A stretch of 64,000 bases of DNA from a virus: IMG/VR virus record IMGVR_UViG_3300045988_125079, positions 79,838-143,837 of that record; one strand, 5' to 3'. Both the position numbers and the translations under genes were made by a program. The notes beneath the pieces were generated by a model. It was given only the letters and a program-made list of their open reading frames with translations. It did no database searches and was not told the origin of the DNA. Shown here in pieces: positions 1 through 10,210 of this stretch (position 1 is its first letter; each line of letters begins with the position of its first letter).

Positions 1-185
1 AGATGTTTTGGAATGTTAGATTTATAGCTTGCAAGCTCTTTGAATCCATTTCGTGCCTGCTCAAAAAATTGCGGACTGAGATACGTGTCATTGAGTTTGA
101 CGATTTTCAGGATTTCCAAATTCTCATTGATAACGACGCCAAACATTTCTTCAGCGACGTTTTCATAAATCTCGCTGATTATCAT
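1..185 (-). CDS. hypothetical protein, N-terminal part only (continues past left edge)
   Basis: ATG at 185-183 overlaps the stop of the upstream minus-strand gene (TAAAATG). The frame stays open to the window edge. Confidence 0.35.
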   Translation of the reverse strand, partial: MIISEIYENVAEEMFGVVINENLEILKIVKLNDTYLSPQFFEQARNGFKELASYKSNIPKH

Positions 186-186
186 T

Positions 187-909
187 TTAGAAATCATCCC
201 CTTCTTCGTCTTCGCCAATGTAACACATCTCTTGTTTCAAGCCGACTTCTGGAATCACCTTAACAATGGAAGCCCGGCGGATTCGCCCGACTTTCAATTC
301 GTATTTGAGCAGCTCAAACGTGGATCTTGCCGCTGCTTGAATTGGAAATCGCAATATTTGTTCTTCGCCAGTCAGGTGGATGATGCGAACTTGATATAAC
401 CCCTGCGGCTTAGGCTCTGTCGTGTAATCTTTAGGAAGAGACCGTGCCAGGACTTTATATTTGCCGTCTCCAGTCTTTTCGCAAAGGCACACCGAGTAGC
501 AATTCATATTTTCATTGGCTGTTTTCCAACCAAGAAACTCCTTATTCGCTTCTTCAAGTGTAGAATAGAATTTCTTACTGATACCAGAACCTCTTTTAGA
601 GCCTTTTATAAGTTCGAGCTGAACCATATACTCAGGCGGGGATTTTTTGGTTTGTTGCTGTGTTGCCCTGAGTTCTTGTACTTCGCCATCTTTTAGATTC
701 AGAGCAAAGAACACAGCGGTTTCAGTGGCAGGATTCGAACTAGTGATATAGTTCTCTTTTTTGTCGAGCTCGTCGCAAATTTTTCTGATTTCTTCGAGTT
801 GTTTTAAAGCATTTTCTGCCAGAGAACAGTTACGATATTGGATAGTATTTTCGTATTTGTGTAATGCTCCAAACCATGCAAGTTCAAAGATCTGTTTCAC
901 AGTCAGCAT
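187..909 (-). CDS. hypothetical protein (240 aa)
   Basis: Long ORF in a tightly packed co-directional minus-strand operon with a TAA stop. No domain recognised. Confidence 0.6.
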   Translation of the reverse strand: MLTVKQIFELAWFGALHKYENTIQYRNCSLAENALKQLEEIRKICDELDKKENYITSSNPATETAVFFALNLKDGEVQELRATQQQTKKSPPEYMVQLELIKGSKRGSGISKKFYSTLEEANKEFLGWKTANENMNCYSVCLCEKTGDGKYKVLARSLPKDYTTEPKPQGLYQVRIIHLTGEEQILRFPIQAAARSTFELLKYELKVGRIRRASIVKVIPEVGLKQEMCYIGEDEEGDDF

Positions 910-963
910 TCGATTTTATTCCCCTTTTTCTGCTGCTACCTTGCAGTGTTCTTACTCGTCGGT

Positions 964-1446
964 TTACACATCGCCTCGCACAATGCCCATCACGGGAACA
1001 CGCTGGCCTTCGCCCTGTTCAAACACATGAGCCTCGGTAGCGCGACCACCATAAACTTCACGCTTAGCCAGCTCAAAGTTTTCTTCAGCTTCCTTGTAGC
1101 TTCTGCACGGGTATTCAATTTGACCAAGACAAACCCATTTGATAGCAATAACATAAGGGGCTTCAGCAATCACCTGCTTATATGATTCCCGTCCACGATT
1201 CATGGAATCATTGCGCTCTTTAACTGCTTCTTCAGCCAGCTTGATTGCCATATCGGCACTGGTCGGGTGCTGCTTATGTTTTTCTTTCAGATAGACAGCT
1301 TCGATTGCATTCAAAGTCCCTTCACAGTCTTTTACAAGAGCTGCCGTTTTAGCACAGGGAATCGAATCATAAATAGCGCGTGCCGATTCGTATTCGTTCA
1401 TTGCGCCCTTACGTGCATACTTGAGAATAGTCAGATTATCCAGCAT
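964..1446 (-). CDS. hypothetical protein (160 aa)
   Basis: ORF with GAGAGGT SD upstream of the ATG and a TAA stop. Confidence 0.6.
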   Translation of the reverse strand: MLDNLTILKYARKGAMNEYESARAIYDSIPCAKTAALVKDCEGTLNAIEAVYLKEKHKQHPTSADMAIKLAEEAVKERNDSMNRGRESYKQVIAEAPYVIAIKWVCLGQIEYPCRSYKEAEENFELAKREVYGGRATEAHVFEQGEGQRVPVMGIVRGDV

Positions 1447-1477
1447 TTTTATTTACCTCTCTTTGCTTATATATATA

Positions 1478-2044
1478 TCAGTCTGCTTTAGTGCAGTCAG
1501 ACCACAGAACATCTTCCACGAAATCGTCAGAAAAATCCGGAGTTCCATTTGAATTGATAACGAGTGTCGCACTTTCACCGCGCTGCAGTGGGCAGAACCC
1601 GTAAAAGAACCAGTCTTCACCGTACTGGTCAGAAAACCAGACGCATTCACTTTGATTGTAGATGCCGAAGACAGTTCCCTTCAAAATATAACGGCCAAGC
1701 GGTCCAACGGCCACATTGGCATAGGAACTTTGAATCGGATTTACCGCTACAACTTCGTCGTCGTAGATATACTCGGGTGTACCAGCGTCGCTCATTACGA
1801 GCTCGACTTCTTGCCCAACGATAAAATCAGGGTCGGCATTAAAAGCCCAAAGCTGGCCACGTTCATCCAGCGCAGTAAATTCACCGTCGATTTCGCTCCA
1901 GATTGTTCCGGCTTTGGTGTATGTCTGCTGAGGCATGGTGCCGGCAGCGTTTGCACTAGGAACAGGAATTGCGAATATTGTAGTGATGAGGATAACGGCT
2001 GCGATGATAACAGTCATTCCTCGAAGCGAACGCATTGTTTTCAT
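1478..2044 (-). CDS. secreted protein with N-terminal signal peptide (188 aa)
   Basis: N-terminus MKTMRSLRGMTVIIAAVILITTIFAIPVPSANAAG is a basic-hydrophobic-AxA signal peptide. AAAGGT SD is present. Confidence 0.65.
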   Translation of the reverse strand: MKTMRSLRGMTVIIAAVILITTIFAIPVPSANAAGTMPQQTYTKAGTIWSEIDGEFTALDERGQLWAFNADPDFIVGQEVELVMSDAGTPEYIYDDEVVAVNPIQSSYANVAVGPLGRYILKGTVFGIYNQSECVWFSDQYGEDWFFYGFCPLQRGESATLVINSNGTPDFSDDFVEDVLWSDCTKAD

Positions 2045-2092
2045 AATGATTTACCTTTCTTTAATTCAAATGGATTCGTAACAGTGGCACTT

Positions 2093-2302
2093 TTAACGGC
2101 GGTGCTTCTCTCGCGCTTCGGCTGCAAAGCCCAGCTGCATGAAGAAAATTGCCAGCAGGATCAGCACCATAGCCGTAATAAACGCACCGTCCGAAACGAT
2201 GCCGCCGGTCTGACAGGTGCCCTCAAGGCCCATGCTGTACAGCAGGCCCACGCAAAAGCTGCTCATCGCCAGCAAGTACCAAACGCCAGATTTGATTCTC
2301 AT
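2093..2302 (-). CDS. small membrane protein (69 aa, two hydrophobic segments)
   Basis: ORF with GAAAGGA SD. Hydrophobic composition. Confidence 0.55.
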   Translation of the reverse strand: MRIKSGVWYLLAMSSFCVGLLYSMGLEGTCQTGGIVSDGAFITAMVLILLAIFFMQLGFAAEAREKHRR

Positions 2303-2317
2303 GTGGATTTTCCTTTC

Positions 2318-2455
2318 TTATTCTATCCAGCTTTTTGCGGAGCTTACATAATCAACACCCGCATTCTGCAATGCTTCACGATATACAGTGGCCAGTTCGG
2401 TGTCGCCAAACATAATCGCTAAATCATAGGCGGATTCAATTGCGATAATGGACAT
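2318..2455 (-). CDS. small hypothetical protein (45 aa)
   Basis: ATG..TAA ORF that exactly fills the gap between two genes. Below the ORF-track size cutoff. Confidence 0.35.
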   Translation of the reverse strand: MSIIAIESAYDLAIMFGDTELATVYREALQNAGVDYVSSAKSWIE

Positions 2456-2468
2456 GACATCACACCTC

Positions 2469-2762
2469 TTATGCTTTGTAATTGCGGCACTTCACACCGT
2501 TCTGACGGCGAGAACAAGTCATACGCTTACAACCTTCACAACCGCCACAAGCTGCAACTGAAATCAAATCATACACAGGATGAGCGACAATCAGGTCGTA
2601 ACAGCCGGGTGTACTAGGAGTGTGCCAGCGATTTGGCTCGATTTCGATTGCATTTTCTGGCAGAGAGTCAATCTGAGTGGACAAACCCTCTTCGTCATAG
2701 CGAATCAAAGTGTATCCAGTCAGCCTATAACCGGGTTTAGCCGGAAATTCAAACGATTTCAT
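2469..2762 (-). CDS. Cys-rich hypothetical protein (97 aa)
   Basis: Internal ATG at 2762 preceded by AAAGGAGA SD. The longer track ORF start has no SD. C-terminal CGGCEGCKRMTC cluster. Confidence 0.55.
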   Translation of the reverse strand: MKSFEFPAKPGYRLTGYTLIRYDEEGLSTQIDSLPENAIEIEPNRWHTPSTPGCYDLIVAHPVYDLISVAACGGCEGCKRMTCSRRQNGVKCRNYKA

Positions 2763-2948
2763 AACGGATTCTCCTTTGCTTTTGCATGGGTAAAATGCCT
2801 GCTGGGGCGTACTGGGGCGGTATACTATCTTCCCCGTGACCGCCAATCGCACGGCATAAGAAAAGAGGTAAAAGAAAACGCCAGCACTTGTGTCTTGCGG
2901 ACGCACTTGCTGACGTTGGGGTTGGTTATTAAATTTGGGCGGTTTTAT

Positions 2949-2962
2949 GTCATGCCCGGGAC
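2949..2962. repeat. GTCATGCCCGGGAC motif, copy 1
   Basis: Exact 14-mer repeated at 3922-3935. It lies 8 nt past the stop of the minus-strand gene 2971..3156. Confidence 0.6.
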
Positions 2963-2970
2963 GTGCAGGG

Positions 2971-3156
2971 TCAGAGTTCGTTGATTTCTACTCTTATAAC
3001 GGTTTGGTTTTCACCGTAATTCAGCTTCATAGCATACAAAGTCAAATCACGAAACTCTTCTGCTTCTTTCTTCGTAGCAAAATTAGTTGTCGTTAAGACT
3101 TTCGGTTCGTCTCTAAGGCAACTGATAGTTTTAACTACGAATTTATTTTCAGCCAT
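2971..3156 (-). CDS. hypothetical protein (61 aa)
   Basis: ORF with AGGAGGT SD and a TGA stop. Confidence 0.5.
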   Translation of the reverse strand: MAENKFVVKTISCLRDEPKVLTTTNFATKKEAEEFRDLTLYAMKLNYGENQTVIRVEINEL

Positions 3157-3234
3157 AAATTTACCTCCTGCGCTGGAATGGGATTAAACTAATCGCATTA
3201 TAACGAACAGCGGAAGTAAATTCAAGGCGAAAAT

Positions 3235-3828
3235 TCAACGTTTACCAGATTTTACAGGAAACTGAGGATTAAGAGGACGGTAACCGTCGGTCGTATTGCC
3301 GTCCATATACTGGGCCATCTTATTATCCATAAAACGAATTCGACCATTCACATCAATCTGGCCACCGTAGATTTCTTGGCTCGCAATCTGATACTCTTTC
3401 GAGAGGACAATTGGTGAATTACCGGCACTACGACCGATACCTTTGCCTTTAAACCGACGAATACAAGATTTGCAATTGTCAGAAAACGCACGGTTATACA
3501 TTGCATTTTCACAACGCCTTACAGAATCGGTTTGTTTTTCAGATTTGGATTTGATTTTCCAAACCTGAATACGATGCTGGTGGACTGCTTCAAGAAGGAA
3601 CGCGCTGATTTTAGTGGGACAAATTCGTACCCACTTAGAACCATTGTTCAGGATCACCATAGAAGGATATACACCAACTGCTGTCGCATATGGCTTAGTG
3701 ATGAAATGAACACCACCGAACGAACCATAAAGTTCATTCAAGTTTACAACGTTACCACAGAACAGCGTGGGCGTTTTTGCTTGAATAACCCATGCCTTCT
3801 GCGCATTGTCTCTGTAATTCGTTTTCAT
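3235..3828 (-). CDS. hypothetical protein (197 aa)
   Basis: ORF with GAGAGGT SD and a TGA stop. Confidence 0.6.
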   Translation of the reverse strand: MKTNYRDNAQKAWVIQAKTPTLFCGNVVNLNELYGSFGGVHFITKPYATAVGVYPSMVILNNGSKWVRICPTKISAFLLEAVHQHRIQVWKIKSKSEKQTDSVRRCENAMYNRAFSDNCKSCIRRFKGKGIGRSAGNSPIVLSKEYQIASQEIYGGQIDVNGRIRFMDNKMAQYMDGNTTDGYRPLNPQFPVKSGKR

Positions 3829-3921
3829 TGCGCATTTACCTCTCTTTTCTATCAGAATCTTAGTTTAAAGCCCCCGCGCCACGTCAAGGCGTTCTGAATT
3901 TGCGGGAGTGAGCAGTTTAAC

Positions 3922-3935
3922 GTCATGCCCGGGAC
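3922..3935. repeat. GTCATGCCCGGGAC motif, copy 2
   Basis: Exact repeat of 2949-2962. It lies 7 nt past the stop of the minus-strand gene 3943..4581. Confidence 0.6.
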
Positions 3936-3942
3936 AGCGCTA

Positions 3943-4581
3943 TTAAACAGCAGGAATAACAGACTTGAGTTCGTCTACATCAAGAAGTTCTTTTTCGCTG
4001 ATGAGCCCTCGATTGTACAGTTTGAAATGATGGTCACACTGCTCTTTTGCGAGGGTCAAAATAATATCAGTTAAACCGTATTTGATGCAGGCTTTTTCTG
4101 CATAAGCTAATTTTTTTGCAGAATAAGAATTTGCGTACAATTTATCTGCAAGGTACGCTTTTTTATACTCAGATTCACACTTTCTTACAAATGCACGTTC
4201 ACACAATTTGATTTTGCGCTGGTGCTCTTCTACAGACAGCATACACCACAGCAGCTGCCCCAACAAAATTTCTTTCGTATCGGCGTTGACGACAGGCTTA
4301 TTCTCAGGCCGTGTATACATGATATACCCATCCCTTGCGTTCTCAACGTACTTGACAGGCATACCAGCACTCAGCATCTTGAACACCGTGTCGTCATTCA
4401 CATTGGAAAGCCTCTCTCCGCCTTCCATGACGACATTGTATGCAGGACGAGCGACGATCTCGACATCTGCGCTTGCAAAGTCGTGGGTCAGGTCATAAAC
4501 CATCTCGTCAAGCTGGTAATAACCATGCTCACGAACATGGCCAAAACCGATGTTTTCACGAATGATGTAAGGGCAGGACAT
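3943..4581 (-). CDS. hypothetical protein (212 aa)
   Basis: Start moved to the ATG at 4581 (MSCPYIIREN...), which is preceded by AAAGAGG SD. The upstream part of the track ORF overlaps the neighbour and looks non-coding. Confidence 0.55.
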   Translation of the reverse strand: MSCPYIIRENIGFGHVREHGYYQLDEMVYDLTHDFASADVEIVARPAYNVVMEGGERLSNVNDDTVFKMLSAGMPVKYVENARDGYIMYTRPENKPVVNADTKEILLGQLLWCMLSVEEHQRKIKLCERAFVRKCESEYKKAYLADKLYANSYSAKKLAYAEKACIKYGLTDIILTLAKEQCDHHFKLYNRGLISEKELLDVDELKSVIPAV

Positions 4582-4702
4582 AACGACAACCTCTTTTCTG
4601 AGTGTACAAAATGCGCCACACTCTAAGACGCTACGCATACTGCGTTGGAAAGGGGCCGCTTTGAACGGTGCGACCCCGAAAGGGTATCCGTGAGCTGCGT
4701 GG

Positions 4703-5518
4703 TTACTGCTTATCTTCGGCGGCTTTGGTCTCTTCGGCCTTCTTGGTGCGACCGTACAGAGCGTCCAGAATGGCCTGCTTCTCTTCCTGAGTCGCATGGC
4801 TCTTATTGACGAGGGTCACGACTGCCACAATGTCGATACTGTGGGCTTCGTAGTCGGCCACCTTCTTCTCCAGCTGCGCAATCTTGTCGTCTTTTTCCTT
4901 GGCTTCTTCTGCGGCCTTCTGCTCTTCTGCAGCTTTATCAGCGGCTTTTTTCTCGTTAGCGGCTTTGGTGTCTGCAGCCTTCTTTGCCTTTGCATCGTTG
5001 GCGGCCTTGCGTGCTTTCTTGAAGTCTGCCGCGCTGATACGGGCAAGAGGTTGACCGTTCAGAATGCGGGCGGTCTCAAAGATGAGGTAGTTCAAGAAGC
5101 AGTCAGAAATTTTGCTTGCATCACCCGCGGCATCCGCTCTTGCATCTGCGGACACTTCGCCCATCAGCACAAGGTCAGGCACGGTTACGCTATACAGAGG
5201 ACGCCGCTTCCCGTCTGCCTTGTTAGGGTCGCGACTGCCCAGACCGTAAAACCACATTGCCATAGACTTGCGTGCCTTTTCTTCTGCGGCCTTCAGCGCG
5301 GGGAGATCTTCTTCGGCAGTGCCCTTGCTTTCGCGGAGCATCACCATTGCCGCGATATCAGCATACACTGCATCCGACACTTTCTTGATGCCCTCGACCG
5401 TGCCAACGACACGGAAGTCCTCAAGGGACTTTTTGGTGATAGCGGACACTTCCTGCTCAGGGTCAGCAATTGCCATGACCAGAGTAGCCAGTTCAGTCAG
5501 TTTTACGTTCTTTGCCAT
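4703..5518 (-). CDS. hypothetical protein with Lys/Ala/Glu-rich coiled-coil C-terminal half (271 aa)
   Basis: First gene of the left arm, with GAGAGGT SD and a TAA stop. It is followed by a GC hairpin at ~4640-4670. Confidence 0.65.
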   Translation of the reverse strand: MAKNVKLTELATLVMAIADPEQEVSAITKKSLEDFRVVGTVEGIKKVSDAVYADIAAMVMLRESKGTAEEDLPALKAAEEKARKSMAMWFYGLGSRDPNKADGKRRPLYSVTVPDLVLMGEVSADARADAAGDASKISDCFLNYLIFETARILNGQPLARISAADFKKARKAANDAKAKKAADTKAANEKKAADKAAEEQKAAEEAKEKDDKIAQLEKKVADYEAHSIDIVAVVTLVNKSHATQEEKQAILDALYGRTKKAEETKAAEDKQ

Positions 5519-6861
5519 AATTCTTTACCTCTCTTTTGCGATTGTGTACAGTGCTATCCGTATGATAACACTTGACGCGGTGCAAACTTGCGCTTGCGCC
5601 GTCTCAAGTGCCCGCCATGCTTTTACACATGACGAACACTGAAAAACTGTTATTTTTGTACGCTAAAGTGGTAGTTTTAAGCCTTGCTTTAGCGTAAAAG
5701 TGACTGCACAAATTGCGCTTGTATTCATGCAAGGCATTCCAGCTTTTGACATTTTGCAAGCTTGCGATTGCACGTCCACCACTAAAGAGTATAGTTAGGA
5801 CTTGTGCAACGGCTACTTTTGTGCGTGCCAGCGCTTTTCCGACACTTATCGGGCGGTATCTGGCACATCATCACAGTGCACCCTATTAAGGCGCACCTAT
5901 AGCTTATTTATCCAGTCGGCTATAGTCGGCAAGGTATATGCTATCCCCACGGAAGGCGTTTGAAATGGGACGCAAGACGAATACACACAAGTTGCAACGT
6001 CCGGCATAGTTCCCGCGCCAAAGCGTGGTCGTTCTACCTGTTTAAATTTTCAAAGTGCAACTGCTCCCCGGAAGCGGGTGCCGTTCCGGTGTTTCCCGTT
6101 CCCTCTGGAGTGACTACAGTATAGCCTAAATAATTTTTTTGTGCAACATGTCTACATGCCAGTTATCAGAACGCCAGTATAAAGAATGGCCGTGCCAGCC
6201 TATATATAAATAGGTATAAATTCCGTTCTGCCAGCAAAGTAAATAGCACCTTTTAACGGTAGGTACGATTTTCCGAAAAGCCGCATGATTCCTAGAGAAA
6301 ATGGACATTCGGCGCGGCACGTGGCGGGGGTGGTTAAAAATCGAGAAATGGGGTGTGCCAGCCCTAAAGGGCTAAGTTGTTTCATCTCCCCATCACCAAA
6401 TTATCTCTTCGGTTCCACCTTTAGTGTGCGTCATTTGTACATTAGCTTCGTGCTTCAATTCCTGTCCACGCATCACAACTTTGCTCATTTTATTCAATTA
6501 ATCCGCTTAACAGCCCGCTTTCCTAAATCGCCACAAACTATATCCGAAGCTCCATCCGGAAATCATCGTGTCATCGTTATATTTTATTATGTATTATTTT
6601 GTATATTTTCTGCCATTTGTTGCCATTTATTGTATTTTATCGCTGTTAAAAACGCATTAAATCGCTATATTTTCATCGTATTTTCGCTATTTTTTCGCCA
6701 TTTATTGAATATTTTATTAAATTTCGCCTCATTCCGGAAATATTCATAATTTTACTTGATATTTTGCATATTTAGGGGTATAATTATAAAAACAACTGTT
6801 ATTATCTACCGTATAGAATGGTAGAGTAACATTTATTATAAGAAAGGACTGAATATCTGTT
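5519..6861. promoter_or_regulatory. 1.3-kb non-coding divergent control region
   Basis: No SD-led ORF. It separates the leftward and rightward gene blocks. It contains repeated GTGCAAC and GTGCCAGC motifs, several hairpins, and an AT-rich tract with CGCCATTTATT-like repeats. Confidence 0.6.
6756..6784 (+). promoter_or_regulatory. sigma70-type promoter for the rightward block
   Basis: TTGATA, 17-nt spacer, TATAAT, about 80 nt upstream of the PIN-PhoH start. Confidence 0.6.
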
Positions 6862-8190
6862 ATGAAATTTTATGACACTTCCGCCCTACTCGATCTCGGT
6901 GCTGCAGCATTCACAAGTCAGTTCTTGATTGCAGACATGACTTTGCACGAGTTAGAAGATATTAAAACAAGTGGTAAAAAGAACGAAGAAACTCGTTAGA
7001 AGGCACGTACCGTAACCCGCCTGCTTGCTGAACACCGCGACGATGGTAGCTTCCGAGTAGTAGCCGTTCCCATGTCTTCCCTATTCTACATCTTGGATGG
7101 CAAGCCAATCAGTGACAATAATGACGCGACGATCATGGCAACCGCCTATTGGTATCTGGATGAGCTGTGTCACAATTTGAATGACGCGATTGAAGCCGGT
7201 CTCACAGACGCACAGCGACAGATCCAAGCTGATATCGATTCTTTTAAATTTGTCACCAGCGACTTAAGTTGTGCCAATATCGCCAGCGGTATTCTTGATC
7301 TACCGACTGAGTTCACTTTTCCTAACGCAACAGCTGCGAAAAACGACTATAAAGGATGGATAGAGGTCGCCCTAGAAGATGGCGGCGAAGAAGCGTTGGC
7401 TATGGCCTACTCTAAAGATGTCGAGCAGAAGAACTTGTTTGATACGCCCACTAACGGTTATGTCTTAATCCCAAATGCAGACGCTGATGGTAACACGGCT
7501 GGACTTCGCTGGGATGGCTCGCGCTATGTACCTATTAAGTATAAAAAAATCAGCAACCGCTTCACTGGGGACATTCGCCCTCTCAACAATCAGCAGAAAC
7601 TCGCCTTTGATATGCTGCAGAACGACAACATCACCGTCAAGATGCTTGCTGGAACATTCGGCAGTGGTAAAACGATGCTCATGGTGTCATCCGCTATTGA
7701 TATGATCGAGAAACATAAAATTGACAAACTGATCTGGATTCGCAACAACATCGAAGTCAAGAACACAAAAGAACTGGGAGCACTTCCCGGCACTCTACTA
7801 GAGAAGCTAGGAGCGGCCTCATTTGCTGGACCTCTTGCAGACCATTTGGGCGGAGAAAGCGGTTTGGAGTATTGGATCAAGAATGGGCAAGTAGAGGTGG
7901 CGCATCTCGGCTTCATTCGTGGGCGCGACTATAAGAATGCTATCTTGCTAGTATCAGAAGCAGAGAACTTGACAAAAGAACACATCCAGTTGCTGCTCGG
8001 CCGTGTAGGTGAAGGATCTATGCTGTGGCTTGACGGCGACTTGAAGCAGACGGATGAGGCGGTATTTGAAAATAACAGTGGTATGCGCAAGGCAATCTCT
8101 GCTTTGACTGGAAATCCGCACTTTGCTTATGTGTACATGCCGAAGACAGAACGCAGCGAGACCGCACAGCTTGCCGATCTACTCGATTGA
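6862..8190 (+). CDS. phoH: PIN-domain/PhoH-like ATPase (442 aa, one in-frame TAG at 6997)
   Basis: The N-terminal MKFYDTSALLDL... PIN-like segment continues in frame through the TAG into track ORF 7072..8190. Walker A GTFGSGKT and the PhoH-type FIRGRD...SEAENLT motif are present. TGA stop. Confidence 0.8.
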
Positions 8191-8203
8191 GGCGTCGCGC
8201 AAG

Positions 8204-8638
8204 ATGATAGAAGTAAAAATAAGCGGCCTGAAAGTAGCGGACTACTGGTCTCCTACCGACGGATGGAACTATGACGCCATTGATAGTCTTGCAAAAGAAT
8301 TGTACGACCGCTACCGAGAAGCCGAAGCCGAACAGACAGTGGAGTTATTCAAGAACTACATAGAAAAAATGAGTATACTACATGAAATCGATCCATTCTC
8401 TATTGACTATATCCGCGATCAGATTGAGTGGATGATTCGTCCTTTGATGCATCGTGGAATGACGATGAAAAAACGGTTGCAGATAAACGCATTGACCTAT
8501 GAGATCGTAGAAAAGTTGCTTCCCTCTTATCTTGATAATATGGCTATGCTACATCAGTTACAAAAAGAATTAGAAAATGCGGCTTTGCATCGATATTTGA
8601 TTACGCCATTTGGCAAAAGGACAGCTGTATGGAAATAA
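8204..8638 (+). CDS. hypothetical protein (144 aa)
   Basis: ATG at 8204, just after the phoH stop. The earlier track start overlaps phoH. Confidence 0.5.
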   Translation: MIEVKISGLKVADYWSPTDGWNYDAIDSLAKELYDRYREAEAEQTVELFKNYIEKMSILHEIDPFSIDYIRDQIEWMIRPLMHRGMTMKKRLQINALTYEIVEKLLPSYLDNMAMLHQLQKELENAALHRYLITPFGKRTAVWK

Positions 8639-8934
8639 TGAATGAAGCTAATTTGAATATGTTCTGGGCGATTGATGAGTATTTGACTTATAAGATGTCG
8701 CGATACTTTAATGCGTATATTCTTCTGATTGGTTTAAAAGACGATTCTGGTTTCTTTATGAATTTTGAAGGTGGCAAAGGTGGAGTCGAAGGTCATTTAT
8801 ATAAAGAAAAAGGTCCAGCGGTATTCGCATTTATTGGCGACAATTACAAGATTCTACGAAATGACGATGCAAAGTAGATTGTAGATTTAGCATTAAAACT
8901 ATGCAGTCAATACGAAGATCAATTATTTAATTGA
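8629..8934 (+). CDS. hypothetical protein (101 aa, in-frame TAG at 8875)
   Basis: The frame stays open past the TAG for 18 codons and ends at TGA immediately before the AGGAGG SD of the next gene. Confidence 0.55.
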
Positions 8935-8953
8935 ATAGGAGGTTCCACAGGGT

Positions 8954-9427
8954 ATGTATAAAATATTCGCTCCACGCGGCGGTGGCCGCACCTATCAAAT
9001 ATGTAAATACGCGATTGAAAACGACTGCGACATTATTGTGCCCGCTCTGAATTCTATCCAACACATTATAACGATCATAATGCAAATCTGCTATGATTCT
9101 AATGGTGAATATGAATATATTGATGACAATAACAATTTGCGTGATATCAAAATTAAAACACCAAACGACACGATTGTGATCCACGTTTTTGACGCTGATA
9201 GTTTCCGACATGCACAATTTGGCCCCGCCAGAAGAAAACCCGTGGTGATCGACGATATTGATGAATGTATGAAGCGTATTATAAATTCCGACTTGATTGA
9301 AGCTATTTCTATAGCTACATATGACCCATCTGATGTCGCACTTCATCCTAAAATCACAGATGCAGATGATCCAGCTATAGGAAGACCGGCACTGCAACCG
9401 CAACTGACCTGTAGGAGTTTACTATGA
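8954..9427 (+). CDS. hypothetical protein, CxSLL-tail family member 1 (157 aa)
   Basis: AGGAGG SD. Possible degenerate P-loop (APRGGGRT) and VVIDDID. C-terminus is TCRSLL. ATGA overlap with the next gene. Confidence 0.6.
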   Translation: MYKIFAPRGGGRTYQICKYAIENDCDIIVPALNSIQHIITIIMQICYDSNGEYEYIDDNNNLRDIKIKTPNDTIVIHVFDADSFRHAQFGPARRKPVVIDDIDECMKRIINSDLIEAISIATYDPSDVALHPKITDADDPAIGRPALQPQLTCRSLL

Positions 9428-9768
9428 CAACAGATATTTTTGGAACGAGTAATTTTAAAAAGAACGAAAAGGAAATACTAGACCTGGCTCGACATAAATT
9501 ATATGCAGAACTTAGTGAAGAGCGTGGACGTAAAGTAGATTCAGTAACGATTTATGTTGATATGGATCGCAGATATATACATTATGACTGGGATTTAACT
9601 TTTACTCTTAATCCGAAATATTTTATCAAAGTCGGAATTATATCTGGGTTACGGATGGAAATTATTGAAGGCGACGCTGCAGAACTAATTTATAAGCGAT
9701 ATCTTGAATTGGTTAGCAAGTATACAATGCAATCTAAAAAATCGTTTGTTTGTAGGAGTTTGCTATGA
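9424..9768 (+). CDS. hypothetical protein, CxSLL-tail family member 2 (114 aa)
   Basis: Start is coupled to the upstream stop (ATGA). C-terminus is FVCRSLL. Confidence 0.6.
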   Translation: MTTDIFGTSNFKKNEKEILDLARHKLYAELSEERGRKVDSVTIYVDMDRRYIHYDWDLTFTLNPKYFIKVGIISGLRMEIIEGDAAELIYKRYLELVSKYTMQSKKSFVCRSLL

Positions 9769-10184
9769 ATTACACTGTAACCGCCAGAGTCGCAATGCTG
9801 ACTTCTGTAAATTATAATGCCAAAAATGGAATATACGTCCCATTAAACGATAATAACATGGTATGGGTCATGCCATTCAAATCGTACCGTGATTTTAGAG
9901 CATGGTATTTAAGAGCAGACGATAGTTCAAAAATATTTCATCAGATATGGTTTGGACCCGGATATACCTATGATTCCATGAGTGATGTAGCGACACGGCT
10001 TGCAAAAGAATTTGATCAGCTTAACAATATGGATTATTACCGACTTGTTAATAACGATAGTATTTTAGATTTGATACATCCTATCAAGCTTGACTATACG
10101 TGGACTTTCGATCATGTCGTAAAAATCACAGCGCCATGGTATGAACGAAATAAAAAGAATCTCGTATGCTACAGCCTATTGTAA
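9765..10184 (+). CDS. hypothetical protein, CxSLL-tail family member 3 (139 aa)
   Basis: ATGA-coupled start. C-terminus is LVCYSLL, encoded by different codons (TGC TAC AGC CTA TTG TAA). Confidence 0.6.
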   Translation: MNYTVTARVAMLTSVNYNAKNGIYVPLNDNNMVWVMPFKSYRDFRAWYLRADDSSKIFHQIWFGPGYTYDSMSDVATRLAKEFDQLNNMDYYRLVNNDSILDLIHPIKLDYTWTFDHVVKITAPWYERNKKNLVCYSLL

Positions 10185-10210
10185 ACGTAGTGGGGAAGGA
10201 ACTTCGTAGA

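Noticed and set aside
720-750. GGATTCGAACT, a T-loop-like string suggesting a minus-strand tRNA.
   Set aside because: The flanks do not form a T stem or acceptor stem, and it lies inside a well-supported CDS.
6285-6749. 154-aa ORF (and 6126..6385 minus-strand ORFs) inside the control region.
   Set aside because: No SD, implausible composition, and they span repeat or AT-rich regulatory sequence.
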